This document shows positions 21,044 to 33,600 of a stretch of DNA of 64,000 bases, piece by piece. Within the stretch, counting starts at the first letter, position 1, and the number at the start of each line of letters is the position of its first letter. Source of the DNA: a virus (lineage: Duplodnaviria > Caudoviricetes); IMG/VR virus record IMGVR_UViG_3300028797_000005, positions 59,247-123,246 of that record. One strand, given 5' to 3'. A program made the translations under genes and the position numbers. The notes below the pieces were generated by a model that was not told the origin of the DNA, searched no databases, and saw only the letters and a program-made list of their open reading frames with translations.

Positions 21044-24000
21044 TCGCCTCCTATGTAGTTGAAGGTAATCCCATTATTTTCTATTTCAATTTGTATTTTA
21101 TCAGAGAAATTTAATACATCTTTAGTCTGCGAGCCGACTATAACACTATTCTTAGTATCATTATGTATAATCATAGCTGACTGACCAGTTGCATTAGCAA
21201 AAGTAAAGGTATTTGTAACAGCACCAATAATTTCTGTATTATTTAAATCACCTAAGTAGATATGTCCGATAGAAAATAATTTATTATTTTCATCAGATGG
21301 ATTCCAAAGAGCATCGGCAATAGTATCATAGTTAGCATTGTTAATATTTATGCTACTAGAATCATCAGAATCGCCACCAATAGGAATAGAATATTTCGTG
21401 AATGTAATATGATCACTATTTAAATTAATACCATATATTGGGCTAGGATTTGGATTTGTTAATACATTATAAAAAGAATTATCAGAAGCAGCCCAAAGCT
21501 GTAAATTTGTTGCACTTATACGAGGCTGAATCGTTTGAAGATCTTTCGTTCTATCTAATATTGTAAATATTGGGAACGGACAAGCATTATCTCTCCAATA
21601 ACCTTTTTTAATGAAATCCGCTTGATTAGTATTATCATTCCAATAATCATACCCATATTTAGTATATTCGGTCGCAGTATAAAGATCAGGACTATATATC
21701 CAATTATCATTATCATCTTTATAAAATCCATTATAATATCTTGAAAATATCGTCAATGAATCCCACATATTTAATCCGTATCTATTGAAATCAGCGATAT
21801 AATTATGAACATCAGTATCAATATTCGAATTATCTATATCATCTCCAGCCCAAGCATAATAGAAATGACTAAAATCTGGAGTTTCCTTATTTCCTAATAA
21901 TACACCAGATGCTTTAATATGACCAGAAAATTCACTATCAGAAGCTTCAATTTTACCTTTAAACACGCCTTGACTGGCATATAAAGTACCATCTTGAGTT
22001 ACAATAAATGGAGCATTTTGCATATCTGCATAACCTGCACCTGCCCAAATACGAACCTCACTTCCAGTCCCTTTTGTAACTTTTTCTTTTTGATCTACAT
22101 CGCCAGTTCCATCCCAACTAGCAAGAACTTGTAACTCTTCATTAGTAATACCGGCTTTTGGCAAGTATACACGCCCTTCAATGAAAGCACTTTGGCTATA
22201 TAATCCATAATAAGTTTGCTCTTCTAATATGCTTTTAAATATACTATTTTCACTAATTCTAGTCGGATCAAGGAACCCAATCATTGTAGATTTAAAGCTA
22301 TCGCCATCATTACTTGTCATATAAATAGTAGATCCAGCTGGTTGCATAGCTGACAATGAAATACTATTATGAGTAAGATTAATATTAATAAGAGAAGTAC
22401 CTTTCGGTAATGTTGCATAACTTCTTCCATCTATAAACTCTGGAACTATATGATAAATACGATTAAGTGCTTGTGCCACATCACTTTCATTGCTAGGAGC
22501 ATCATGAAGAATTAAATAATTTTTATCTATTTCTTCTACGGCAATATCCCATTGTTCAGTTAAAACTTGATATGTTCCTCTCCAAGAAAAATGTAGAATT
22601 TTAGTAACGTCATCATAGGAATACTCTTGATTAGAAACAGACATCTCCTGGGTAGAAACCCAAATGTGTTCATCATTACCATCCCATAAAGGAAGTTCGC
22701 CAGAAGGAACCCATTTATCATTCGTTGTATTATATTGTAAAAATAATATTTTTTCTATAATTGCGCCGTCTTCATCAACCCCACCGTTAAATATTATCTT
22801 ATATTCAGTTACAATCTGTTGATTATTTTCCATAGAAATAACAGAAGGCTTAATTGATAATATTTCTGGAGGGTTTGGATCAATCTGAGGATTTATTGAC
22901 GTAGGCGATCTAGTAATAGACCATGTATTAATTGAAGAATCATTTAAATCATCTTTAATTGTAATAATACTACCATGTATATATACTTCTTCTGAAACTT
23001 GACCTTCTAATTCCGATTCCTTTTCTACCAATACGCTAACTAAAACATCGTCTCCATCATGCCACAAATCTAAATCTGTTGAGACGGTTTCAAAACCATT
23101 CTTTCCATCAATAATAACGGTTGAAATACATTCTTCTACCAAAAAAGCGCTAGGAGTAATAGCAATATTACCACCGACAGCTGAAATTTTATCATATTCA
23201 AATACTGTTGTAGCAATTTTCCCTCTTGCTTTTACATTATTAAACTCAGCGCTGCCATCTTTATTAACCCACCATACATCACCAAAATCATTATTAGCAT
23301 AAATTCTACCATTGTCTCCGTCGATGACAATTCTATTTGAATCATCTTCTCCGTGTACTTTTAATGCACCAGTTAGATCTAATCCATTAGCAAATAACGT
23401 GCCTGCCATTTCAATAGATCCGTTATCTCGAACGCCAAAGATAAGATTTTTATTATTAATTTCAGTATTTGGATTATAAACTGTAAAGAAATAAGAAGTA
23501 TAATTTTCATTCTCATCAATAATTTGATTTGGTCCAACTACTATATTATAATAATCACCATAATTTAATGCAGTAGATTGCGTAAAGTCTGGATGACCAA
23601 TTCCATACCAATTAGTATTTCTAACAAGGAATAATTTTTCACCATAGAAATATCCTCGATTATCTACAGCAAAGTCTCCAGCATGAATATTAATGTAAAC
23701 TAAACCGGCATCAGACTCACCACTTCTTCCTTCTATACCAGTATTAGCACCAATATAACTTGTAATTGAACTGTTATCCTCTGGAGAATTATTTAAAAAT
23801 AATCTATTGATTCTTCCTTGATTTGCAAAAATAGTCCCCTCAATGGTACTATTCCCACGAATCATTGAATCATTTGCAATCATTTGACCATTTGGAGAAA
23901 CAGAAAAAGTTGGCTCTGTACTATCACCATTTCCTGCATAAAATACATATGCAGAATTAGAATCGCCATTTATTCCAGCAGTATTGCCGATTTTGATTGC

Positions 24001-27000
24001 ACCAGAGAAATATCCATCAGTTGCATTAATAGTACCAGTAATATTTGCTCGTTTAGCTATAAAAGTTCCATCTGCATGAATTTTAAACGGCGCTTTTTCA
24101 TATTCAGATGATTTTGTGGTCTCAAACGCTGGAGAATAACCGGCATAAAATACTATTGGATTATCGCCAATACCATCTCCATTAAGACCAACATACGGCA
24201 TGATAGTTTCGGTGATTATATAATGTGTGAAATAAAAACCATTACTAATTGGAATAGGATTAATTTCTTGTTGAGAGAACTGATCAATTTGACGACTTGT
24301 CCAATAAGTATTGGATTCAGCATCATAGTTCCAATCATTAGAAGGCGTATGGCTGTCTGCTCCGACATTAAATTCTATAACTGGATTATTGAAATCATTC
24401 GTTATATTAGCAACTGTAACGACAGTATTTGGTGCCGGAGTATTTTTTAAAGTAATCCTATAAATAACATAATCAATATAACCGCCAAACTCATCATTAA
24501 CTCTATTATAAGTCTTTAAGATATATGCTGTTTCTTCTACTTGATGGGTATAATTTCTTTCAGCTCCAAATTCACCAACTCTTAATTGATTCCTTAAAAT
24601 TAAATTACCAGTATTACTAGTCTCCATTGTAATATAACCATCATTATTACGAAGACGTAATCCATATACTGGACTAACTGCGGAATAAGGAAGACCAAGC
24701 CGGCCAAGTGTTACTAGTGGAACAGCATCGTTTTTCGTATATTTTTCACCAAGACCATCATAAATATAATCATATGATTTTAATGTAGCAAGTGGCCATT
24801 TAACTCCAGAGTAAATTTCAAGACCACGCTGCGGATCAAGCTTTAAATTACCGTTATCAGAATTAAGATATAGACCGTCCCAAGTAAGGAAAAAAGTTGT
24901 ATAATCTTTAATAGCCTTAATTTTTTCAGCTTCATTTTTATCACCAATTAAATTAAGCGCGGTATCAATTTGTTCCCCTTTACTAGTTCCATAGATACCA
25001 AGATTGTTGTATCTTACATATACTTGACCATCAATACCTTGATTTTTATTAGACGCATTTTTAAGATAAGCATTGAGTCCTGCTGCATCCCAGGTAAAAG
25101 CATAATCATTAGCAGCTGATGTAATATTAATAGTATCTACATCAATTTGACCAACTAAACTATTAATTGTAACTCCTGTATAAAGATTTTCGCCCATGTT
25201 TACAGTAAAACCAGATGTAGTTGTAACTGACTCAATTTTTTGACTAGTTGTATTAATTTTATTTAATGCTTCTAATACTTTATTAACTTTTAATTGACCA
25301 GTTTCATCTACAAGATTTGCTGCCCGTTGATAGCCACCAGAATTAAAACTTAAAGTTTGTGTCGCTGCCGTTAATTTTGAAAATAAATCTTTCCATTGAT
25401 TACGATAAGTTTGAACAGTAATTTTAGATTTACTTGCATCATCAAAATTTCTAGTCCTTTCAGAAATAATAACTTCTTTCTTAAAAGGAGTTTTCCAATT
25501 TCCAAGATCTTCAACACCTTGAGAGTCTGTATAGATCCACCCAAAGAAATCAGTATCTTCTAAATAAGTCCGCTGGCCAACTTTAAAAGTATACCCTGCA
25601 TATTTTTTAATACCACTAATGTCCACAACACTAATCGTATAAGTAACTTTTGGATAAGCTGATTGGGCTAAAATCTTTTTAGCATCAAAGAAATAACTAT
25701 TATCATTTATATAGCTGCTGTCTGACCAAGTACCCTCTTGAATAAATCTGCTATATTTTTTATAAAATTGCTCATCTAATATGCGCTTGTCATCAGATAA
25801 TACCAAGGATTTATTATATAATGTTTTACTAGCTTTAGTTTTAGTAGAGGTTTCCCAATATTTATCATCATTTCCACCAGTGGGCTTTTTATTAACGTTG
25901 GTTTGCTTTGCCTTATAAAATTGACTACCAATTCTAACAAATGTACCTTCTGAATAACTATTTGCACTATTCCAAAATCCTTGATATGTAATAGTTTTAT
26001 CAGAATTGCCATAAACCTTTTTATAACATTCATTAGCTTTATCAAGATAGCCATTCAAACCTTTCTGAAAACTATTTTTTCTAGCCTTCATTGTCTTTAA
26101 AGTTTGCTCTAATCCTTCTTTATATGGTGTATTATCTAATCCTTCAGCCGACTCTACTAAACGTTGTTGCTCATCAATTTCTGAACTTAAGCTAAGCATT
26201 GCTGCAGAATATTGATTATAATATTCTTCATAACGATCGCCGTCTGTAATAATAGTTTGAATCTTTTCATTAAGTGGAAGAAGATCTTTATTAATTTTCC
26301 CCAGTTTTGCTAAATAACCATTTTTAGCATTATATAAATCATAAGTCATCTGACTTTGACTTAATAATCCTTGATTCACGTAATAGTCAAAATTAAATAA
26401 ATTTCTTTCTCCACTAATATTGTCTGATGCCCTTACGATAGAACAAATGCCATCTTTTGCAAATTCATTAACATTATCATTAACAATAATTTTAGTTGAA
26501 ATTGAATCACTTACAGTGTTACGCTTGATATCATCAACATTAATACCGTATTTAAAACCAGCCCAATTTTCTTGGTCAAATGGAGAAAATTTAGAAAAAA
26601 TAACTTGTTTTTTTGGCTGTCCATTTACTTTAAATATCTTTCCATCTTTTTGATGCGCAACTCTATAACCAACCCATACTTCAAATAATTCTGCTAAGCT
26701 ATTAATATTATTAAAATAATTACTCTTTTCAATCTCTAAGTGTCTAACAGCCGCATAATTTGATCTTTTGCATACCTGATAATTGTTTGGCTTAGCTGGA
26801 AGAATAACTGTATTCCCATTATTAACAGTATAAAAATGCGTTTCTACATTATAGGTTGCTTCTGGTAAATCTCCTGGGAATAATGGAATCATATGTCCAT
26901 TATATTGTTGTTCTTTATATTCAAAAAATTGAATATCTTCAAATAGCCAAGATGCCTGAGAATTATTTTTTGTAGTTGAAATAGTAACTCCAACTGGATG

Positions 27001-28638
27001 CATATTTGTCGCTGATATACTTTCTCCAGCTTGAAGAATAACATAAGTATATCCAGCTTCATCAGCATGACATTTATTTATAGTGATTAATCTTTCTTCT
27101 TTTTTAACTGGAGTTACAAAACCATATCCTGTATAATTACTCGCTGTTGATTCTGACGTATTTGGATATTTAACCAAAAATTTCATACCTTTAATAAATC
27201 CATAATTAGAATCAGAATCAGCTCTTTTATTCCAATCACGAATACCTACATATAGTTTACCTTCAGTCGGAAGTGTTAAATCAACTTCATTTTTAGGATT
27301 AACTTTCCCTTTGTTTAAATTAACAGCTCTTGCCCTAAATCTAATAACATATTTTTTATTTTCTTCAATAGTAATATGTCTATCTATTAAACCACTATTC
27401 CAAACCCTAGTAGTTTTCTTACTGTTATTCTTAATAATTAAACAATTTTTTGCATATCCGCTAGCTTTTGTAGAATTAGGATAGGTAATTAAATCTTTAG
27501 CATCTACATCATCGTCACTAAGCCAACCAGTAGTTGATACAAAATTTGAACTATTAGTTACGTAATTTTGAACGCTTTCTGAATTTAAATATTCAGCTGT
27601 TTCATATCCGTATACAACTGCGCCAACTTTCGCGCCATTTACTGATTTAATTACCTTATAATCAGTAACGTATCTATTATTAACTGACTCATAATGAGTT
27701 ACATTTGATTCAACAATTCTTTTACCTTGAATACCAGAATCTAATGGTGTCCAAACTAAATCAGTACTAATTCCATTTGTATCAGTAACTAAATAGTTAT
27801 ATTCATCATTTTCATCAATAATTACTCTTTCGTCATCAGCATCGTCAGTAGAAAAACCATCTTCTTTATAATACACTTGTGGTTTATCAGTCGTTAAATG
27901 CCATTCTCCATCAATATTTTCTAATTCGCTATAAAAAGCGTAAAGCTTTAATTGATTTACTTTTTTACCCGCTCCCGTATTATTCCCAACCATTTTGGTA
28001 ATGCTAACTTTAGTATTTGCTTGAGTCTGAACTGGAATAAATAAAATCTCTTTACTATATTCTTTTGGAATATAGTTACTGCCAATTGTCCAACCGCTGT
28101 GTTCTAAGATTCTTGCGGCTAATTCATTTAAAGTGCCATAATTATTTTCAAGTTCAGTTTTTAGGGTAGTAGCATAACCATTTTTTCCTAGTTCTGTCAC
28201 ATAAGCTTCTTTACAGGTAAAAGTATTGACATAGCTTTTCTTATTTTCATCAACTGTTTTAATAAGAAAATCTATCCATCTATCTTCTTTATCTTCTTGA
28301 ATAGGAATTGTATCGTCATATACTCCTTTATCATTATAAAAATTATATGGTTCTCCAATTCTTAATTTTATTTTTCTCTCATTCGTAAGGATAGGAATAA
28401 ATGGATTATCCATTAACTCACCTTTATCATTACGATATTTTCGAAGAATATTAAAGGTTAAAGTTTTTTCTCCATTAATATTTTCTGTTAAAGTAACATT
28501 ATATGCTTTAATTGGAGAATCCCATCCACTAGCTCCTATAATAGCAATCTTTTGTTCATCTAGATATTCTTCATTTTTAGAAAGCACAACATCTTCCCAT
28601 ACAGAAAGTTCATATTTTTCTATAATATTATTTTCCAT
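21040..28638 (-). CDS. Large tail hub/central fibre protein (Tal-like)
   Basis: 2532 aa after Dit; coiled coil, CBM5/12-like module, repeated APF...DG fibre motifs. Confidence 0.75.
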   Translation of the reverse strand: MENNIIEKYELSVWEDVVLSKNEEYLDEQKIAIIGASGWDSPIKAYNVTLTENINGEKTLTFNILRKYRNDKGELMDNPFIPILTNERKIKLRIGEPYNFYNDKGVYDDTIPIQEDKEDRWIDFLIKTVDENKKSYVNTFTCKEAYVTELGKNGYATTLKTELENNYGTLNELAARILEHSGWTIGSNYIPKEYSKEILFIPVQTQANTKVSITKMVGNNTGAGKKVNQLKLYAFYSELENIDGEWHLTTDKPQVYYKEDGFSTDDADDERVIIDENDEYNYLVTDTNGISTDLVWTPLDSGIQGKRIVESNVTHYESVNNRYVTDYKVIKSVNGAKVGAVVYGYETAEYLNSESVQNYVTNSSNFVSTTGWLSDDDVDAKDLITYPNSTKASGYAKNCLIIKNNSKKTTRVWNSGLIDRHITIEENKKYVIRFRARAVNLNKGKVNPKNEVDLTLPTEGKLYVGIRDWNKRADSDSNYGFIKGMKFLVKYPNTSESTASNYTGYGFVTPVKKEERLITINKCHADEAGYTYVILQAGESISATNMHPVGVTISTTKNNSQASWLFEDIQFFEYKEQQYNGHMIPLFPGDLPEATYNVETHFYTVNNGNTVILPAKPNNYQVCKRSNYAAVRHLEIEKSNYFNNINSLAELFEVWVGYRVAHQKDGKIFKVNGQPKKQVIFSKFSPFDQENWAGFKYGINVDDIKRNTVSDSISTKIIVNDNVNEFAKDGICSIVRASDNISGERNLFNFDYYVNQGLLSQSQMTYDLYNAKNGYLAKLGKINKDLLPLNEKIQTIITDGDRYEEYYNQYSAAMLSLSSEIDEQQRLVESAEGLDNTPYKEGLEQTLKTMKARKNSFQKGLNGYLDKANECYKKVYGNSDKTITYQGFWNSANSYSEGTFVRIGSQFYKAKQTNVNKKPTGGNDDKYWETSTKTKASKTLYNKSLVLSDDKRILDEQFYKKYSRFIQEGTWSDSSYINDNSYFFDAKKILAQSAYPKVTYTISVVDISGIKKYAGYTFKVGQRTYLEDTDFFGWIYTDSQGVEDLGNWKTPFKKEVIISERTRNFDDASKSKITVQTYRNQWKDLFSKLTAATQTLSFNSGGYQRAANLVDETGQLKVNKVLEALNKINTTSQKIESVTTTSGFTVNMGENLYTGVTINSLVGQIDVDTINITSAANDYAFTWDAAGLNAYLKNASNKNQGIDGQVYVRYNNLGIYGTSKGEQIDTALNLIGDKNEAEKIKAIKDYTTFFLTWDGLYLNSDNGNLKLDPQRGLEIYSGVKWPLATLKSYDYIYDGLGEKYTKNDAVPLVTLGRLGLPYSAVSPVYGLRLRNNDGYITMETSNTGNLILRNQLRVGEFGAERNYTHQVEETAYILKTYNRVNDEFGGYIDYVIYRITLKNTPAPNTVVTVANITNDFNNPVIEFNVGADSHTPSNDWNYDAESNTYWTSRQIDQFSQQEINPIPISNGFYFTHYIITETIMPYVGLNGDGIGDNPIVFYAGYSPAFETTKSSEYEKAPFKIHADGTFIAKRANITGTINATDGYFSGAIKIGNTAGINGDSNSAYVFYAGNGDSTEPTFSVSPNGQMIANDSMIRGNSTIEGTIFANQGRINRLFLNNSPEDNSSITSYIGANTGIEGRSGESDAGLVYINIHAGDFAVDNRGYFYGEKLFLVRNTNWYGIGHPDFTQSTALNYGDYYNIVVGPNQIIDENENYTSYFFTVYNPNTEINNKNLIFGVRDNGSIEMAGTLFANGLDLTGALKVHGEDDSNRIVIDGDNGRIYANNDFGDVWWVNKDGSAEFNNVKARGKIATTVFEYDKISAVGGNIAITPSAFLVEECISTVIIDGKNGFETVSTDLDLWHDGDDVLVSVLVEKESELEGQVSEEVYIHGSIITIKDDLNDSSINTWSITRSPTSINPQIDPNPPEILSIKPSVISMENNQQIVTEYKIIFNGGVDEDGAIIEKILFLQYNTTNDKWVPSGELPLWDGNDEHIWVSTQEMSVSNQEYSYDDVTKILHFSWRGTYQVLTEQWDIAVEEIDKNYLILHDAPSNESDVAQALNRIYHIVPEFIDGRSYATLPKGTSLININLTHNSISLSAMQPAGSTIYMTSNDGDSFKSTMIGFLDPTRISENSIFKSILEEQTYYGLYSQSAFIEGRVYLPKAGITNEELQVLASWDGTGDVDQKEKVTKGTGSEVRIWAGAGYADMQNAPFIVTQDGTLYASQGVFKGKIEASDSEFSGHIKASGVLLGNKETPDFSHFYYAWAGDDIDNSNIDTDVHNYIADFNRYGLNMWDSLTIFSRYYNGFYKDDNDNWIYSPDLYTATEYTKYGYDYWNDNTNQADFIKKGYWRDNACPFPIFTILDRTKDLQTIQPRISATNLQLWAASDNSFYNVLTNPNPSPIYGINLNSDHITFTKYSIPIGGDSDDSSSININNANYDTIADALWNPSDENNKLFSIGHIYLGDLNNTEIIGAVTNTFTFANATGQSAMIIHNDTKNSVIVGSQTKDVLNFSDKIQIEIENNGITFNYIGGE

Positions 28639-28647
28639 ATGTGCCTC

Positions 28648-30603
28648 CTAGAGATAATTAATATCCCATACAACTCGTTGAGCTGCCCAAGAATAATCCG
28701 TTTCTGGAGTATTCGCTTCAAAATGTTTACTTGTCCATATAAAAGGTCCTACACAGGCTGCCGCAGCACTATTAAATGCAATTAAATATCTTCCTGGTTT
28801 AACTTTTCTACCTTTCCATTCTTCCAATTCATATGGAGGAATTTCAAAAAAATCTCCTGCGATTATAGCATTGTTACGAATATCATTTGTAGGAACAAAA
28901 GTTGTATTATAATATTTATATGGGTTGGGGATACCGCTTGATGATCTTGCCGGACCCCATCCTTGGTCTGGATTTGTATCAAAAGTAGATATCCTATAAA
29001 GAAGTCTTAATTCGCAATCAATTACATAATTATAATTAGTAGGCTTGCCATCAATTGTAATCGTAGTTCCACTAGTAGTCGCATTATCTCTTTCTGAAGA
29101 TTTGGGTGTTAATTTTGTTAAGTCTAAACTGATTCTACCAATAACATCATCTTCAGTAAGCTTCGCAGTAGAAAAATCTACCTCGTCATAGTATGGATAA
29201 AGAGTAATCGTTGCATATCTCCAATCGCTATAATTACCCAAACCTTTATTAATTAATGTATAAGTTCCATTATCATTTTTAACAATACTTGCTAAATTAT
29301 AATTACAACGACTTCTTGTAATCATACTTCTCTTATCTAATACACTAATAATAATCTTAGGACTAGTTTTATAATTTCCAGGATTATATACATGACACCA
29401 TTTTCCAGTAATACCTCTAACTGGCCCAATTTTTCCTGCCCAATTATCAGTAACTGTAACACTTCCACCCAATCCTCCACGAGAAGTAGAAATATCAGAA
29501 TAAGCAATTGATGTTTGGACATAAGCATTAGGATTATTAGGATTTCTTGTTAATTTTCTTCTATAATCTACATCTTTAATATTTTGATTAGCATAAGCCC
29601 AACCAGTATCTGTCGTACCACCCTGTTTCTTTTCTGTTTTATAGCGATTAGCATTTGGAGCGTCTAATAAAATTTTATAACTATCTTTAGAATAATCAGA
29701 AAGACCGCCAAAAATTGTTTCAGACAAATATCCATAACGACGATATAAATAATCACTAACTAAAATATCATCTTGATTAAAAGGTGGCGTACCAGTCCAA
29801 CTAAAATTTTTACCATAAGATGCCTTGTAAATCTTTAATCCGTTCGCCGTACCTGTCTGATCTGCACTTAATTTTTGACCATTTGAGATACTTTCCCAAC
29901 CGCTTGCTTTTAAATCTAAATCTTTTTGAGCTTTTAATCTTGATGTTCCCTTCCATTCATCAAAATTATTCCAACCAGTAGGGACCTCTATAGTTGGATT
30001 ATTTCCAAGAATCCTTGAATCCAATGTTTTTATTGCCTGTAATTGTAATTCACTTTGATCCTTAGTATTATTCCTATCTGTTTTATAATATTTATTATTA
30101 ATATAATCCCAATTATATGCTTCTAAAAATGGAAATGGGGCTTTTGCAATAATAGAATAACTAATAAAATTAACTATTCCTTCACCTTTATAAATACGAG
30201 TATTCATTCCACCTAATATCTCATCAAAACAAATAAATTTAATATTAGGAGCATTATTTATTTTAACAGTCCAAGATTTATAAGGCTCTTCATCAAAGAT
30301 TAACTGAGCAGGTTCTTTAGTATTTAACCAATATTGCATAGCTCTAAAATCATTTTCTCGTAAATCATCAAAAGCAAAATTTATACTAAAAGTTCTATTC
30401 CCATAAGTTGAATTATAATAATAAGATCCATCTACTCCAGTCACCTGAGCAGTAACATCTTTAGGGGAAGGAAGTATTTCCTTCCCCATTCTATTTCCAT
30501 TAGAAACTTGTATAATGTTAAACTCAGATGAATGACGACCATTAAAGGTAAACCCTATAAAATCACCTCGTCCGTTTAGTCCGGCGCGGTTTATCATCGC
30601 CAT
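28648..30603 (-). CDS. Distal tail protein (Dit) with insertion
   Basis: GFTFNGRHSSEFNI, G.DG.YY, WL....LIFDEEP, NPGN; follows tape measure. Confidence 0.75.
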   Translation of the reverse strand: MAMINRAGLNGRGDFIGFTFNGRHSSEFNIIQVSNGNRMGKEILPSPKDVTAQVTGVDGSYYYNSTYGNRTFSINFAFDDLRENDFRAMQYWLNTKEPAQLIFDEEPYKSWTVKINNAPNIKFICFDEILGGMNTRIYKGEGIVNFISYSIIAKAPFPFLEAYNWDYINNKYYKTDRNNTKDQSELQLQAIKTLDSRILGNNPTIEVPTGWNNFDEWKGTSRLKAQKDLDLKASGWESISNGQKLSADQTGTANGLKIYKASYGKNFSWTGTPPFNQDDILVSDYLYRRYGYLSETIFGGLSDYSKDSYKILLDAPNANRYKTEKKQGGTTDTGWAYANQNIKDVDYRRKLTRNPNNPNAYVQTSIAYSDISTSRGGLGGSVTVTDNWAGKIGPVRGITGKWCHVYNPGNYKTSPKIIISVLDKRSMITRSRCNYNLASIVKNDNGTYTLINKGLGNYSDWRYATITLYPYYDEVDFSTAKLTEDDVIGRISLDLTKLTPKSSERDNATTSGTTITIDGKPTNYNYVIDCELRLLYRISTFDTNPDQGWGPARSSSGIPNPYKYYNTTFVPTNDIRNNAIIAGDFFEIPPYELEEWKGRKVKPGRYLIAFNSAAAACVGPFIWTSKHFEANTPETDYSWAAQRVVWDINYL

Positions 30604-30606
30604 TCC

Positions 30607-33600
30607 TTACCTCCTACCAAAATCTAATGATTGAACATTTCTATAACCGGCATTTTCATAAATTTTTCTTTGCATTTCATCCCACATACTGTCTACATCA
30701 TAATCAGATGCAATTTCATTACTCATAGAAATGTTATAATACGTATCTCCTATTAAAGTAGAATTATCAGTAGTTCCTATATCTCTTGTAAAATCAAGTA
30801 AATCAAAGAATTTCTCAGTTTGTTCAGCATTAAGAACATACTCTGGTTTTGATTTAGTACCGTCAAGCCAAGCTGGACCAGTAAAATCAGCAAGACCGCC
30901 AGTGGCAAATGCAGAATATCCATAGCGCTCTGACATCCATTTTACATCTCCTGCATAATGCGTCGGTAAAGACCCCGCTTTTTTATTATATATACTCTCT
31001 ATAATCTGTAAAACTCTTAAAGCACCGCCATCTCCTAATTTTTCTGATAATTTTTTAGTTAAAGCTGGAATATCCCCTCTATTACCCCAGCCTGCCTGGC
31101 TAGGATACTGAGCAATAAATTCTGCAATCCCGCGATAAGTATCTTCCGCTTCTACACTAACACCAGACGGTCTATTGAGATCTGGATACATCGCGGCAGT
31201 TTTTTGCCCAGTTTTTAATCTTAATTCAGCTCCTTTTCCTGAGGCGAAAGTATCTTTATATGGATCAGTGTTGGATAACTTTGTAGTTCTATTTAAAGCA
31301 TCTATCGCTTCTGGTACAGTTGTTGCTCCTGCAAGTGCTGCTTCCTTAGTAGATTGACGTGCTTTATCTTGATCTATAGCATCTTGTTTTCTTGCAGCTG
31401 TCTTCCTTGCTTCTTCTCGTGCCTCTTCTTGCTTTTGCGCTTTTTTAGCTGCTTCTTGTTTTTCTGCTTCTTCTTTTGCCACTCTTGAAGTATAAGTTAA
31501 TCCATTCCTATTAGCATATGTATACGCTTGCTCAAATGAATTTTTCAATGTTTCTGTCCATTGTTCTTTTGTTGCAAATCCCATAGATTTAATACCATCA
31601 ACTTTTCCAAAAAGTTGAAGTAAAAGTGAAGAGTCTCCTCTATTAAAACAAGCATCTAATAATTCTTGCGCTTCTTTTGCTATTATACCATTTTTTAAGT
31701 CATATTTAAGCTGCTCTTCCATTAATTGGATTTGTAGCTCTCTTTGTTTCTGAGCTTCTTCTGCCTGTTTAGACATATTATCAATAGCCTTGTCTATTAA
31801 ACTATCGGTATAATTTTGTCTAGCATCGTCTAAACTTTTTTGAGCATTTAATATATCTAATTGATTTGCTTGAGACGTATCTGTCATCATTAATGCAAGT
31901 TTACGTTCTTGCTGACCAATATCCTTAAGTGCATCATCTTGCTCTCTTTGATTTCTATATTCTTCAATACCAGCGTTTAAAGCATCAATAGTTGCTTGAT
32001 TACCATTATTAATAGCATTATAAACCGATTGTAATTCATCAATTTCTTCTTGTCTTAATGTTTCTAATGCTTTAATAGTATCTTGTTCAAATTGAATATA
32101 CTCATCTCTTCCAAGTTTCTGATTTTCAACAACAGCATCTTGAAGATCACCAATCTGATCCTCGATACCTTCTAAATCTTTTTGAATATTTTCTAAATAA
32201 GATACATATCCTTCAAAAGCTTTTCCTATATCTTCAGTCCAATCTAACTGAGAGATTGTATCATAATCAATTACAGTATATCCAAGATTTGGATCATATG
32301 AAGCATATTTAGTAAAATCATAAGTTTTTCCATTCTCTGCTTTATATTTAGAATATTGATCTTCTATTGCATTTAATTCTTCTAACCTTTTTACTTGCAA
32401 TAATTGCTGATCTGCTAATTGTTTTTGAAGTAAGCGTTCTTCTTCTTTAGCCATTTCTAGCATCTTTTTTGCATCATTTTTATTATTATTAATTAATCTA
32501 TTACGCTCTTTTTGTAATTTATTAACATTTCTTTCTAATTTATTAATTTCTTGTAATAAATTATAAAGCCAGTCATAATTTTGAACCCATTTTTCAGCAT
32601 CTTTTCCAGAGCCACCACCGCCTCCGCTGCTTCCAGAGCCGCCAGAACCAGTATTTTTAGTTTTATCAGCTAATTTTTTATTAGCTTGTTTTCTAAGACC
32701 TTCAATAGTAGCAATTTGAGCGTTAATATCAGCCAAGGTAGCTTGAGCATCAGCTAAACGAGATGCTGCATCAGCTTTAAATTGATTCCTAAAAGCTTCG
32801 CTGTCTAATAATTGTTTTGCTATTTTTGCTGCACTTGTTGTACTTAAATCTACTTCGCCGCTAAGCATTTCTGGTCCGGTGACCGATGCTTTTCCTTTTT
32901 GGTGACGATTAGCGTAAGCCTTATCTACACTTTGATAATCAACTGAACTATCAGTAGGTAATGGTGTTAAGCTACTTGGATGTTCAACTAATCCTTCTTT
33001 CTCATCATAAGTAAAAGATTTTTTAGCAACTTTATTAACTGCTTGTGCCAATCTATTTAAATATGCTACAGCATTAGAAGCTGCTTGATACCATGCAGTA
33101 TTAGTTATTCCTGCAGCTTCACCATGAGCTTCAGCAACGGCGCCAGCTGATAAATCACCTTCCTCTGCGATAGCATCTAAGTTATCTATAACATTAGTAG
33201 CCATACGTTGGCCATTCGTCATAGCCGTGTTTCCAGCGGCCGCAGATGCTTCGCCTATATTAGTCGCTGTATTTTCAGCCTGTTCAGTTACTCCTTCATT
33301 GGTTTCATTAGCATAATTAACAACAGCTTGAGCTAATAGATGTTCTAAATTATTAATTGCTTGTGTTTTATCTTCTTCTGTATTAACTTCTGCTTCAGCC
33401 GCTTTATCTGCTGCATCAACTAAAGCTTTATAGTAATTAACAGTAGCTTGGGCCGCAGCCTGCTGCATTTCTAATTCAGCAATTTTTGCATCTGCCATTG
33501 CATCAATTTGACCTTGACCAGCTTCTTGAGCTGCTTTAACCGAGTCTTCACTAAGTTGAATCATACCATCGTCAAGTACCTCAATACCTTCAGCTAATTC

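Noticed and set aside
17407-28638. DGR or invertible tail-fibre switching
   Set aside because: No reverse transcriptase, invertase or TR/VR repeat pair was noticed
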